From contig NC_058368.1 of the NCBI RefSeq assembly GCF_018350175.1, positions 29,638,001-29,702,000 on the forward strand: a DNA stretch of 64,000 nt. The letters are read 5' to 3'. A model generated the notes under the pieces. That model made no database searches, had not been told where the DNA came from, and was given only the letters and a program-made list of their open reading frames with translations. Made by a program: the position numbers and the translations under genes. Shown piece by piece: positions 1 to 11,849 of the stretch (the stretch's first letter is position 1; the number at the start of each line of letters is the position of its first letter). The DNA comes from Felis catus (Eukaryota).

Positions 1-709
1 TGTGGAGGCTTAATGGGCTGGGCTTCGTAGTAGGATTCTCATTGTTATGACGACAGAACAGTAATTACAGTAAGAGCACACTGCCCTTTCATTGTCCAGC
101 TGTTAAGATGATAAGTTACCTAAGCATAGGGGCAATTTGCCAAAACCACCACATGTGAAGGAGTAGCTGGAATGTGTATATATATGATTTCCTCATAAGT
201 AGTAGTAGTTATGGACCCATTGGTCCATATAGAGGTGTTTGCATCATTCAGCCAAGACTCAAATGCTGTATTCTATATTGAAAGACCACCCAGATACATG
301 GGTTTGACAGCAGATCTGCAATGGTCTGATTTATGGTGACTGCTGTGCAGTATCTTTCAAATCTGTATTTGATGGATCACATTCTCCCATCCTAGGGTTG
401 GATTAAATTGAGGCAGGGATTGGTGGTATGTGGATTTAGTATTTCAATTTTGTAAAAAGGACCTGTGGAACAATTCAGGCTTACAGTTGCATCTGGGATT
501 CCAACAGAATTACTTACATGGTAAACTAAGGGGTCATGGACAGATAGTGGTTTCTGATAACAAATCCAGTAATTGTAGCAGCTTACCCTTTTTGCAAGAT
601 ACTGGGAAATGATGACAGAAGTATTACCCTTCCATGGAAAAGGGAGAAGAAAACGGGAGAACAAGCAAGGGAAAGAAGGTATATAGGTGCAGTCATCCCA
701 GAAAGCCAC
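1..709 (-). pseudogene. env (SU)-like remnant downstream of pol
   Basis: Lies immediately after the integrase. A hydrophobic leader is followed by W..N...ISQ.LA....NYWIC, resembling a degenerate CWIC (CXXC) motif. Stop at 392. Confidence 0.55.
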
Positions 710-714
710 CTGCT

Positions 715-2105
715 TGGGAAATACTTTCTTTCAGGTCACCTGTTGGTGCACAAGTCCAGTTCGGGTTTGGTGCTTTGTTTGGAAGTGATACATGGATCCA
801 AAAATCTCTTTGGTGGTAGAAAAATTGAGCCTTTCTAACAGAGTTGAAGAGTCTTTCTAGAGATGTCATTTCCAATAGATTAAATCTCTGAGTTACAAGA
901 AGTGATGCTTGAGGTCTTTGTCTCCTAGGAGTGCACTGTTGAAAGACTGTTCTACCAGAGCATGGTTATTTTCAACAGAAGTAATTAGACCTTTACAGTA
1001 TTAGAGTATATTTCCTTTTCTTGACTATGAATCAAAGAAGCAGGAGCCATATGGATTGGATGCCTTGAGGGAGAGTTTCTGGATTCTGAAAGACTAATGG
1101 CAGTGCTTTTGGCCTGGGTATGTATATATGTATGTATGTATTCTAAAAATGCAGTGTTAATGACATCTTACGACTTCATTTTTTAGAGAGTGGGCACAAA
1201 TGAGGGGCAGACAGGGAAAGTGAATCCCATGAGGGGCAGAGAGAGATGGAGAGAGAATCCCACATAGGCTTCGTCCTGTCAGCACGGGGCTTGAGCTCAC
1301 CCCATGCAGGACTTGTGCTCATGAATCATGAGATCATGACCTGAGCTGAAGTCAGATGCTTAACTGACTGAGCCACCCAGTTGCCCCTTGGCCTGAGTAT
1401 TTAAAAGAGTCTCTACAAATTTTGCCACTTGAGCCTTAATGATGCCATTAGTGTGTATTTGACTAGCTGAGGATTGAGGATGGTAAGCACAATGCAAGTG
1501 TTGTAGAATGGCTAATAAGCACAGGTCTTTAAAACCCTTGACCAGGGAACTGAGTTCCCTGGTCATTATGAAGTTCAAGGGGATTCCCCAGGTAGAGACA
1601 GTCTTTTCTAATGGTATTTTAGCCACAGAAAAGGCAGTAGCCTGCCTAATAAGGGAAAGCTTCAGTCCAGGGAGAAAACATACAAACCATGACTAAAACA
1701 TACTTCTATCTATGAAACTGGGGATAGGGGAGAGGTTGATTGAAATCCATTTGCCAGACTTTGAATTGTCCATTGGGCAATTTAAAGTATCCAGGAACAG
1801 TACAGGTCACTTTCCTTGGGTTGTATTTGGAGTAAGTGGAGCAGGCAAAGTAGGTACTTTTTGCATCTGTATTGATAGTTCCCTACCAGTACTGGTTCAT
1901 AATTTCATCAGAAGAGCTATATTTGAAAGCATATACAGTGTGCAAATTTTAAGGCCTCTGGTATGACTGGGTTTGTACTGTTTGGCCAAACCACAGTTCT
2001 TTTATTGAACTGACAGTTATTAGATATCTGATTTTAGTTTTCCTTTTCTGAGGTCAATTGTTGAGCATTGCTAGTTAATTTTTCTATATTATCATTTGGG
2101 AGAAA
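715..2105 (-). pseudogene. ERV integrase remnant (interrupted by a SINE)
   Basis: Core motif WGIP...HCAYHPQSS...TNGIIK (1626-1400) and C-terminal WIHVS..KAP...GDLK (~800-720). Confidence 0.85.
1175..1387 (-). mobile_element. CAN-SINE
   Basis: tRNA-derived head. Flanking TTGGCCTG(G/A)GTAT duplication at ~1109 and 1388. Confidence 0.9.
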
Positions 2106-2109
2106 CATT

Positions 2110-3008
2110 ATAGTGGTTTCCCAGTGCATATAAAATTTATGTTTACACTATACTGTAGGCAGTTAAGTGTGTAATAGCATTATGTCTGCAACTATATACA
2201 TATATCTTAATTAAAAAGTACTTTATCGCTGAAAATACTAATAACCATTTTCTGAGCTTTCAGCAAGTCCATCTTTTTGCTGGTGAAGGGTTTTGCCTCG
2301 ATGTTGATGGCTGCTGACCCATCAGGGTGGTGGTTGCTGAAGGTCAGGTGGTTGTGGCAATTTCTTAAGACAGCAGTGAAGTTTGCCGTGTGAATTGACT
2401 CGTAAACGATTTCTCTGTATCGTGATGCTGTTACACCTAGAACTTCTTTCAGAATTGGATTCAGTCCTCTCGAACCCTGGTGCTGCTTTGTCAGCTACGT
2501 TTATATAATATTGTAAGTCCTTTGTTGTCATTTCAACATTCTTAACAGCATCTTCACCAGAAGTAGATTTCATCTCAGGAAGCCACTTTCTTTGCTCAAC
2601 TGTAAGGAGCACGTCTTTATTCATTAAAGTTTCATCATGAGATTGCAACAATTCAGTCACATCTGGCTCCACTTCTAATTCTAGCTCTCTTGTTATTTCC
2701 ATCAAATCTGCAGTTACTTTCTGCATTGAAATTTTGAACCACTCAGAGTCTTCCATGAGGGTTGGAATTGACTTTTCCCAAACTCCTGTTAATGGTGATA
2801 TTTTGACCTCTTCCCATGAATCACAGATGTTCTTACTGGCATCTAAAATGGTGAATCCTTTCCAGAAGGTTTTCAACTTACTTTTCCCAGATCCATCAAA
2901 GGAATTACTATCTATAGATGGCATCTATAGCCTTATGAAATATATTTCTTAAATGATAAGACTTGAAAGTCAAAATTATGCCTTGATCTATGAAGTGTAG
3001 AATGGATA
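2110..3008 (-). mobile_element. Tigger1 (pogo-like DNA transposon) 3' part with transposase C-terminal remnant
   Basis: ORF 2322-2924 (SKLKTFWKGFTILDASKNICDSWEEVKISPLTGVWEK...ELELEVEPDVTELLQSHD) is Tigger1/TIGD1-like. Tigger1 3' non-coding sequence runs to ~2110. Confidence 0.92.
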
Positions 3009-3597
3009 TTGTGTTGTATAAGTTCTTTATATATTTGGATACTAACCCTTTTTTGAATATATTGTTTCCAGATACTTTCTCCTATTTAGGAGGTTGCCTT
3101 TTCCTTTTCTTGATGGTTTCCTTTGCTGTGCAAAAGCTTTTTATTTTGGTATAATCCCTAGTTTAATATTGCTTTTGTTTCCCTTGCCTGAGGAGACATC
3201 TAGAAAAATGCTGCTAAGACTGATGTCAAAGAAATCACTACCTATGTTTCTTGTAGGAGCTTTATGGTTTCAGGTCTCACATTTAGGTCTTTAATCCATC
3301 TTGAGTTTATTTTTGTGTATAGTACAAAAAAGTAGTGGTTCAGTTTCATTCTTTTGCCTATAGCTGTTTAGTGTTACCTAGCACCATTTATTGAAGAGAT
3401 CGTCTTTTCCCTGTTGTGTATTCTTGCCTCCTTTATCATAGATTAATTGACCATAGAAGCATTAGTTAATTTCTGAGCTCTCGATTGTGTTCTCATTGAT
3501 CTATGTGTCTGTTTTGGTGCTGATACCATACTGTTTTTATTACTGCAGTTTTGTAGTATGTATTGAAAGCTGGGATTGTAGTGTCTCCAGCTTTGTT

Positions 3598-3802
3598 CTT
3601 TTTTTTTTTTTTTTTTTTTTTTTAATGTTTATTTTAGAGAGACAGAGTTGTGAGCAGGGAAGGGACAGAGAGAGAGAGACCCAGAATCTGAAGCAGGCTT
3701 CAGGCTCCAAGGAGTTAGCACAGACCCCGACACGGGGCTTGAACTCAAACTGTGAGATCATGACCTGAGCCGAAGTCTGAGGACTGAGCCACCAAGGTGC
3801 CC
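3598..3802 (-). mobile_element. CAN-SINE
   Basis: Poly-T, (GA)n and SINE body. Confidence 0.92.
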
Positions 3803-4397
3803 CTGTTCTTTTTCAGTATTTCTTTGGCTGCCTGGGGTGTTTTGTGGTTTCATATAACTTGTAGTCTTGTTTGTTTTAGTTCTGTGGAAAATGTGGTTGG
3901 TATTTTGATAGGGATAGCATTAAATCTGTGGATTGCTGTGGGTAGTATAGACATTTTAGCAATATTTTTCCAATCCATGAATGTGATGTCTTTTTCTTTG
4001 TGTTATCTTCAGTTTCTTTCACCAGTGTTTTATAGTTTTCAGAGTATGAGTCTTTTCACCTGCTTGGTTAAGTTTATTCCTAGGTATTGCATTCTTTATG
4101 GTGCAGTTGTAAATGGACTTGCTTTCTTAATTTCTCTTTCTGCTACTTCATTATTTGTTTATGGAAATGTAACCAGTTTCTGGATATTGATTTTATATTC
4201 TGTAACTTAACTGAATTTATTATTCTTGTAGTTTTTTGATAGAGTCTTTAGAGTTTTCTGTGTATAATATTATGTCATCTGCAAATAGTGTTGGTTCAAT
4301 TTTTTCCTTACTAATTTGGATGCCTTTTATTTCATTTTCTTGTCTTATTACTGTGGCTGGAACTTCCAGTAGCATGTTGAATAAAAGTGTTGAGAGT

Positions 4398-5010
4398 GGG
4401 GGTGCCTGGGTGGCTCAGTTGGTTAAGCGTCCGACTTTGGCTTGGGTCATGATCTTGCAGTCCATGAGTTTGAGCCCTGTGTCAGGTTCTGTGTTGACAG
4501 GTTTTTGTGTGTGTGTGTGTGTGTGTGTGTTTTTTCTACAATGAATTTAAAATAAGTTTATTCTGTTTGAACACTCAAATGACCCCTTTGGAAAAAAAGG
4601 AACCAACAAAATGGGACACACTGCTCCCCTTAAAGGAGCAGGCGGGACAGGACACTCTGTTCCCCTTAAAGGAATGGGTGGGTAATAATACACCATACAA
4701 AACAACCTCTGGAATCACATGTAAATGCTACTCTGAATCTTATATGTTGTCATCAATTTCTTCAGTATCTCTGTGCCCTGGGCAATATTCTTAACCAAAC
4801 CTTTAAAGCTTCTGGAAGGAAGGACCAGCTTAAAAGCTCCAACTATAATGAGGTCTAACTTTATCATATCAGTATAGCACAAGTACAGAATCGCAGGGAT
4901 TTCCACACTTGGCAGTAACTGCTTTGGATTCTGTTTCCCTCCCTCTCTGCCCCTCCCCTGCTCACACTCTGTCTCTCTCTCTCTCAAAAATAAACATTAA
5001 AAAAAAAACT
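4398..5010 (+). mobile_element. CAN-SINE split by the 4501-4918 insert
   Basis: GGGGTGCCTGGGTGGCTCAGTTGGTTAAG head. Tail resumes at ~4919. TSD AAAAG(T/C)GTTGAGAGTGGG. Confidence 0.9.
4501..4918 (-). pseudogene. Probable retroposed mRNA 3' end (5'-truncated, non-coding) inserted in a SINE
   Basis: Non-repeat-looking sequence with AATAAA (4562-4557) about 20 nt before an A/(CA)n tail (4536-4502). It splits a CAN-SINE. Confidence 0.6.
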
Positions 5011-6234
5011 ACTTAAAAAGCGTTGAGAGTGGGCAGTCATCTTGCTCTCTCAAAAATAAACAAACATTAAAAAAAAAAAACTTCTTAAAAAGCGTTGAGA
5101 GTGGGCAGTCATCTTGTTCCTGATCTTGGAGGGAAAACTTTCAGTTTTTCACCATTGAATATAATGTTAGCTCCTGGTTTTTCATATATGGCCTTTATTA
5201 TGTTGACGTATGTTCCCTTTAAATCCATTTTGTTGAGAATTTTGATCATGAACTGAAGTTGAATTCTTTCAGATGTTTTTTCTGTGTTTGTTGAAATGAC
5301 CATGTGATTTTTATTTTTCATTTTGTTAATGTGGTGTATCACATTGTGAATATTGAACCATCCTTGCAGCATTGAACCATCTCTAAAATAAGTCCTCCTT
5401 GAATGGTGTACATGATCCTTTTAGTGTATTGTTGAATCATATTGCTAATAATGGTTGAGAATTTTTACATATTTGTTCATCAGGGTTATTGGATTGTAGT
5501 TAGTTTTTTTGTGATGTGTTTGGTTGTGGTGCTGGGTAATGTTAGCCTCATAGAATGAATTTGGAAGTTTTCTTTTCCATTTTTTGGAATAGCTTGAAGA
5601 GAGTAGGTATTAACTCTTCTTTAAATATTTGTTAGAATTCATCTGTGAATCCTTTTGGTCCTGGACTTTTATTTGTTGGGAGTTTTTGATTACCAGTTCA
5701 GTTTTGTTACTAGTAATTGGTCTGTTCAGTTTTTGTTTCTTCTTAAGTGTTGGAAGATTTAATGTTTTTAAGAATTTATCCCATTTCTTCTAGGTTGTCC
5801 AGTTTGTTGGCATATAACTTTTAATAATATTTTATAATTTTTTGTGTTCCTGTGGTGTCGAATGTTACTTTTCCTGTTTCATTGTTTATTATTTGGATCC
5901 TCTCTCTTTTTCTTGAGGAGTCAGGCTAAAGGGTTATTAATTTTGTTTATCTTCTCAAAGAACCAGCTCTTGGTTTTATTGATCTTTTCGGTTCTTTTTT
6001 CTATCTCTATTTCATTTGTATCTGCTTTGATCTTTATTATTTATTTCCTTCTATTAACTTTGGGCTTTGCTTATTCTTTTTCTAGTTCCTTTAAGTGTGA
6101 GGTTAGATTGTTTGAGATTTTTTTTTTTTTCTTGAGGGAGACCTGTATTGTTAAAACTTTTCCTTTAGAACTGCTTTCCTTGTGTCCTAGATATTTTGGA
6201 TTTGTGTTTTTATTTTCATTTGTCTTCATGTATT

Positions 6235-6310
6235 TTTTAAAATATTTGTTTATTTTTGAGATAGAGTATGAGCAGGGGGAGTGAGGGAGGGTGGGATAGA
6301 CGGAGGGAGG

Positions 6311-6359
<49 letters not shown>

Positions 6360-6518
6360 GATGGATGGATGGATGGATGGATGGATGGATATCCCAAGCA
6401 GGCTGCATGCTTGTCAACACAGAGCCCGTTGCGGGGCTTGAACTTATAAACCATGAGATGACGACCTGAGCTGAAATCAAGAGCTGGGCACCCAGCCGAC
6501 TGAGTCACCCAGACACCC
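6235..6518 (-). mobile_element. CAN-SINE with expanded (GA)n(TGGA)n
   Basis: SINE body. TGTCTTCATGT duplication on both sides. Confidence 0.9.
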
Positions 6519-6589
6519 CTGTCTTCATGTGTTTTATTTCATCTTTGCTTTCTCGGTTGACCATTCGTTGCTTAGTAGCATGCTGTTTA

Positions 6590-6873
6590 GCATATGCTAC
6601 ATACATTTCAATAAATTTTAACTTTTTATAATTTGTGTATATTTTATGATAGTAAATGATGAATTAGTAACTATGTATAGTTTATGCATTCATGATAGAC
6701 CTTTTTCTTAATCTTTTCAGTATCTCTAGGCTGTGCAATTTGGACATTTTTTTTCAAATTGTTGCAAATCCCCTCCCCCCCCCCCCCAAATTTTCCACTA
6801 TGTTTATTGAAAAAAAATGTGAGTATAAGTGGACCCACACAGTTCAAATCTGTGTTGTTCAAGGATGAAATGT
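6590..6873 (-). mobile_element. Tigger2-like element end
   Basis: AAGTGGACCCACACAGTTCAAATCTGTGTTGTTCAAGG..TGTA resembles the Tigger2/MER28 terminal sequence and ends in TA. Confidence 0.7.
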
Positions 6874-6891
6874 ACATTGAAAATGCTTTGT

Positions 6892-6995
6892 GGGGCACCT
6901 GGCTGGCTCAGTCAATAGAGCATATGACTCCTGGTCTGAGGGTCATGAGTTCAGGCCCCACATTGAGCAGACTACTTAAAATTAAGGGAAAAAAA
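6892..6995 (+). mobile_element. Short CAN-SINE
   Basis: GGGGCACCTGGCTGGCTCAGTC head and A-rich tail. Confidence 0.85.
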
Positions 6996-7890
6996 AGTGC
7001 TTCGCTTGGTGTAGCCACCTTCACTAATTATCTTAGCTGGATCTTCTGGATAACTTGATCCAACTTTTACATCAGTACTTGCTGCTTCACCTTGCACTTT
7101 TAAGTTGTGAGGATGGCTTGTTTCCTTAAATCTCCTGAACCAGCCTCTGAACTTTTCTTCAGTTTCCTCACCCTCAGCATTCATAGAATTCAAGAGAGTT
7201 AGGGTCTTGCTCTGGATTAGGCTTTAGCTTAAGGGAATGTTGTGGCAGGTTTGATCATCTATCCAGATCACTTAAATTCTTTTTACATCATTAGTAAGGC
7301 TGTTTTACTTTCTCATCATTTACGTGTTCACTGGAATAGCACTTTTAATTTCCTTCAAGAACTTTTCATTTGTATTCACAACTTGGTTGACTGGCACAAG
7401 TCTAACTTTCAGCCTGTCTTGGCTTTTAACATGCCTTTCTTACTAGGCTTAATAATTTCTAGCTTTTTATTTAAAGTAAGATATGTGACTCTTTCTTTCA
7501 CCTGAACATTTAGAGACCATTGGTCTAATTTCAGTGTTGTTGCATCTCAGGGAATAGGGAGGCCTGAAGAAAAAGAGTTTGGGGGAGTGGCCAGTGGAGC
7601 AGTCAGAATATGCAGTTAGCAGTTAAGTTTGCTGTCTTACTTGGGTGTGGTCTGTGGCACCCCAAAACTATACCAGTAATATTAAAGGTAACTGGTCACA
7701 CATCATCGTAACAAGTACAGTAGTTAATGTAAAAGTTTGAAATATTGTGGGAATTTCCAAAATGTGACACAGAGACACAAAATGAACAAATGCTGTTGGA
7801 AAAATACTGGAACCTGTAGACTTACTACTGGATGCCGGCTTGCCACAAACCCTCTAGTATCTGTGAAGTGCAGTAAAACGAGGTCTACTT
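6995..7890 (-). mobile_element. Tigger1 5' part (terminal repeat and HTH-coding remnant)
   Basis: [39 protein letters not shown] is a CENP-B-type HTH region. The terminus reads ACCTCGTTTTACTGCACTTCACAGATA next to a TA at ~7890. Confidence 0.9.
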
Positions 7891-8215
7891 ATATTTGCAG
7901 TTTTTCCACGGCTAAAATGCAGGCCTGAGTAAGACCATACAGTTTAGCCTATTGGGCTCAGGTAGCCAGAGGTAAAAGTGCCACCTCAATAACTTCAAGG
8001 AAGTTGGAAATACATAGCCGGCACAGTATTTACCATTTTCACTTTTAAATTAGAACCATCAGTAAACCCTGGAAGTCAGCGTTATCTAAAGGATTTTGCT
8101 ATAAGTCATCATGGAGGGAGTCCATTCATAGTAAGCAGTCATGAGAAGTTTATCAGTAGAGGGGAGAAGAGTTAGCAGTATTAAGGTTGTTACAGTGAGA
8201 AAGATTTATATAGTA
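7891..8215 (-). pseudogene. ERV RNase H remnant
   Basis: FTDGS...GKYCAGY...AQ*AKLYGLTQACILA..KTANI, the typical retroviral RNase H motifs, with stops and frameshifts. Confidence 0.8.
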
Positions 8216-8221
8216 GTTGCT

Positions 8222-9720
8222 TCCTGCCCCCCCATCCCTTATCTACATGGGATACTTTCCAGGACCACCAGTGGTTGCCTGAAACAGCAGATAGTACTGA
8301 AGCCTATCTATACTATGTTTTCTCTATGTATACATACCTGTGATAAAGTTGAAAATATATAATGCTAATGGCAGTAATAATACTTACAATGCTATACTGT
8401 AATAAATGTTACGTGATTGTTTTTTCTCTTTCACGATATCTGTACTGTATACTGTACTACTTCTTGTGATAATGTGAGACGAGATGATATGATGCCTATG
8501 TGATGAGATGAAGTGAGTGATGTAGGTATTGTGACAGTGTTAGGCACTGTTGGCCTTGTGGCAGACTTTCTGACAAATCCAGAAGCATAATCTTCTGCTT
8601 CAGGTGATCCTGGATCATTAAGCCCATGACAGTGTCAATAATTGGGGATCCTTGAATGTTGAAGGTTTTTTTTCCCTAAAACTTTGGAGAAACATGGTAA
8701 TTGGAATTTGTTGTCTCTTTGTTTTTAACAGAGTGCTGCTGCAGAGGTTGTAATCCTTTAGGGATTATATAGGTGACTTTAATCCTGTGTTCCATTTGAG
8801 GATCATATTCCACAGTTTTGCCCCTTAATGTCTGTGCGGTTCAAAACACTTTCGCAAATTTTGCTAATGTCCACTTTGCTGGTTCTGCTTTATTTTCTGT
8901 TTGTTTCTTTTTCATCTTCTTCCTTTGTAAATGACTCAAGTTCTTTCAGTTCCTCACTTGTTAACACTTTAGGTGTTCTTCAGTATATTCTTCAATTTAC
9001 TCATCAAAAAGCTTGGCCAGTCCATATCCACTAACTTATCTTGCTGTGTGAAGAATTTCTTCTCCATCAGTCCCTGGGAAGCCTTTAAAATCATTCATGT
9101 CTTCACTCTCTAAGTTCTTCCAGCAGTCATGTACAGATTCTCGTTTTAATTCATTCATTGCAGCTTTGATGAATGTTATTACATCAGTAGTAGCGAATGA
9201 CTTCCAGCACTGCATTTTGTCCAGATTAGTGTCTGTATCAATTGCCTATTGAATGTGATCAAATACAAGGCACATGTATGTAACCTTGACAAACCTAATG
9301 ATGCCCTGGTCAAGAGGCTGAAGCAGTGAGGTTATAAGACTACAACCCCAACATTTTCTTGTGCATAACAAACAGACTCAGGATGGTTAAGTGCATTGTC
9401 TATTACTAATAGGACTTTAAATTTCAACCCTTACTCTTGAATATTTTTTCACTTTGGAGATGAAGCATTGGTGGAACTTTCCCATAAACAAGATGAGTAT
9501 CACCCATGCTTTCTGATTATGTTACCAGAATGCAGGCAGATCATTTCTTTTTGTTTTTGCAAGCACTTGGATTCTTTGCTCTGTACACTATACCAGGCTT
9601 TATTTATCATATGCCCTGCATTATTGTAACGTGTTATGCTGTGGTGCTTCCTTTGCACTTTTATTCATGTAGGTTCTATTGGATATCTTCTTTCAGAAGA
9701 GCCCAGTTTCATTTCAGTAG
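8222..9720 (-). mobile_element. Tigger7/MER44-like pogo transposon with DDE transposase remnant, inserted in ERV pol
   Basis: Terminus CCCTTATCTACATGGGATACTTTCCAGGACCACCAGTGG. Minus-strand peptides KPGIVYRAKNP, FKVLLVIDNA and TSLLQPLDQGII are pogo DDE motifs. Confidence 0.82.
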
Positions 9721-10282
9721 AAGACTTGGCTTTGGATAGTATCTTGTCTCTTTAAATCAACTTCAGTTCTACTGGAAGTGAAACCATGGGTAAGGGGCAG
9801 TACTGTATGAGGATTGGTTAGCAAGAGGATTTCATAGGAGGTGAGGCAAATAACTGACAGGAGTTGAATATGATGCGAGTTTAGAAAGGTTTCTACTGAA
9901 TAAGGTATGAGTTAGAAGGGATTCCCATGGTTATTTCTTCAGGCACCTTGTCTCAAAGAACAGTGGCAGGAATGGCTCTTGAGGCAGAGGGTGGGGAGTG
10001 CTCTTGTGCCACAAGGTCTAGATGTTGGCTATAATACCCTATGGGCCAATGATGGTTCCCAGGTTTGGGAGTGAGTACCCCAAGGCATTCTTCTCTTTTT
10101 CATTACACACAAAGGAAAATGGGAAGTTGATAATTGAGATGTTCAAGACCAGGGGGATTTATTCGATTTTCATTTAAGACTTTACAGACTAAGTTGTCTT
10201 GATCTTAGTAAATAACAGGGTTTCAGGTTTGTTGATTTTTAGTAAGCATACAGAGATTGGGCCATAGGAGAAGAGTTTGAGG

Positions 10283-10465
10283 GGGCATGTGGGTGGCTCC
10301 ATTGGTTGCGCGTCCAACTCTTGATTTCAGCTCAGGTCATGATCTCCCAGTCATGAGATCGTGCCTTGCGTTGGGCTCTAGGCTGGGTGTGGAACCAACG
10401 TAAGGTTTCTCTTTCCGTTCTTGTCTACTCTTCCCTTGCTCACGTGTGTGCTTTCTCTCAAAAAA
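10283..10465 (+). mobile_element. CAN-SINE in ERV pol
   Basis: SINE head, CT-rich region and A tail. Confidence 0.88.
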
Positions 10466-10499
10466 TGAGAAGCTTGGAATAGAATTTTAATAATGAGGC

Positions 10500-11250
10500 A
10501 GCCGAAGAGAACCTTGTTAATTGATGCTTAGATGTGCTTTTTGAAAAGTTCAGGATGCCATGATGCCTGTTTAGATTGAAACATAAACCTTGTCCCAAAA
10601 TTAGGTGCTCTAAATAGCAAACTGAGTTTGAACGAACTGCAATTTTTCCTTGGATGCTTTATGTCCCTGTAAGGCTAAAAGTTTTAATAGGTGGATGCTG
10701 TCTTCTTGTGAAGAGGCTTGAAAAAGGAGCAGGGAAGCAAGTCATCTCCATATTGTAACAGAATAGAACTTCTAGGAAATTTTATATGATCTAGATCCGC
10801 TTTTAAGATTTGTGGAAAGTATGAAGGATTTACAGTAGCACTTCGGGGCAGTCCAGTCCAGGTGTATTGTCCTTCCCAAGTGAAGGCAAAGAGATAGTGT
10901 CTTGCCTTATCCACTGGAATACTAAGGAAGACACTCTATATATATAGAGCAACCATGGTGAAAAATTTGCTTTCAGTAGGGATAGAGGCCAACAAAGTAT
11001 GGAGATTGGGAACAACGGAGCCGTGAAAGATGACAATGCTGTTTATGACTTGGGAGGTCTGTAGCTGTTTTGTTTTTCATTTTGTTTGTTTGTTTCTTTT
11101 TATCTGTTAAAGTTAGGGCTGTTGCAGGGACTGGTACAGGGGATAAGGAGGTCTTAGGCCTTATAGTCTTCCGTTGTGGGCTTAATGCCCAGAAGGGCCT
11201 CCTCATTTGTAGGGTATTGATTAATTCTAGGGAGAGGCTTTGAGAGATCT
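10500..11250 (-). pseudogene. ERV reverse transcriptase remnant
   Basis: YLFAFTWEGQYTWTGLPR...PSYFPQILKADL...LLQYGDDLL matches the class I ERV RT FAFTW/LPQG/QYVDD motifs, degenerate. Confidence 0.9.
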
Positions 11251-11399
11251 TGTTGTATCTTAATAGGAGGTACACTGTGGATTCTGCCAATAACAGTTCA
11301 AGGTTCTGCCCATAAGAAGAGTGGTAGCTGGTTCAATAGAGACAAATGATCAATGTGCTTGTAATTAGCTCTAGTGCCATCAGAGACAGAACAAATAAA

Positions 11400-11760
11400 A
11401 CATATTGAAGATCATTCAGTTCACTTATTTGGCTATTTTGGTTGCTGTTTTCAAATTCTAGAATTATTTTCCTCTTTCCGGAGAAAGAAATTCCAACATA
11501 TTTTTCCAAGAAATATCAGTCCAGTCAATAGGGATGAAAGAGCTACAGGGAAAAGGGTGGATATCTCTTGGCCTAACCAAAAGAGAACAGGTTTAGAGCT
11601 AGGAACCTGTTGAGTTTTATTGGAGACCCATACTATTTTAATTGTTTTAATACTCTATAGCAGGCACTGTTTAATAACGGTGGGGTTGAGCACTGAGTAT
11701 AACTTCAGTGTCCATTAGGATAGAGAGGCATTCGTTCCCAATCTGGAGAGTGGTTTCTCT
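11400..11760 (-). pseudogene. ERV aspartic protease remnant
   Basis: LQIGNECLSILMDTEVILS resembles the ...LIDTGA... active site (DTG degenerate to DTE). Lies directly after the gag zinc knuckle. Confidence 0.6.
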
Positions 11761-11849
11761 GAGCTGATTAAAGGGAAGGATTGGGAAAAACGTCTGTCGT
11801 TCCTTGCAGTTCTGACATTAGGGATTGGCAGGGCACTGGAAAGGATGGT

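Larger units (their letters stand above)
3010..6590 (-). mobile_element. Older L1 ORF2 fragment lacking both ends, with three SINE insertions
   Basis: ORF2 peptides such as QGWFNI...[16 protein letters not shown] and NLTSHLKELEKE. T-rich antisense L1 composition. Confidence 0.92.

Noticed and set aside
392..709. Captured syncytin-like env gene
   Set aside because: Only 105 codons before a stop, CXXC degenerate, and embedded in a decayed provirus.
2322..2924. 200-aa ORF as a domesticated TIGD1-like gene
   Set aside because: It covers only the C-terminal part of the Tigger1 transposase. The catalytic middle is missing, and the N-terminal part is separated and frameshifted.
4398..4480. tRNA genes suggested by A/B-box-like heads (here and at other SINEs)
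   Set aside because: These are tRNA-derived CAN-SINE heads followed by (CT)n and A tails, not cloverleaf tRNAs.
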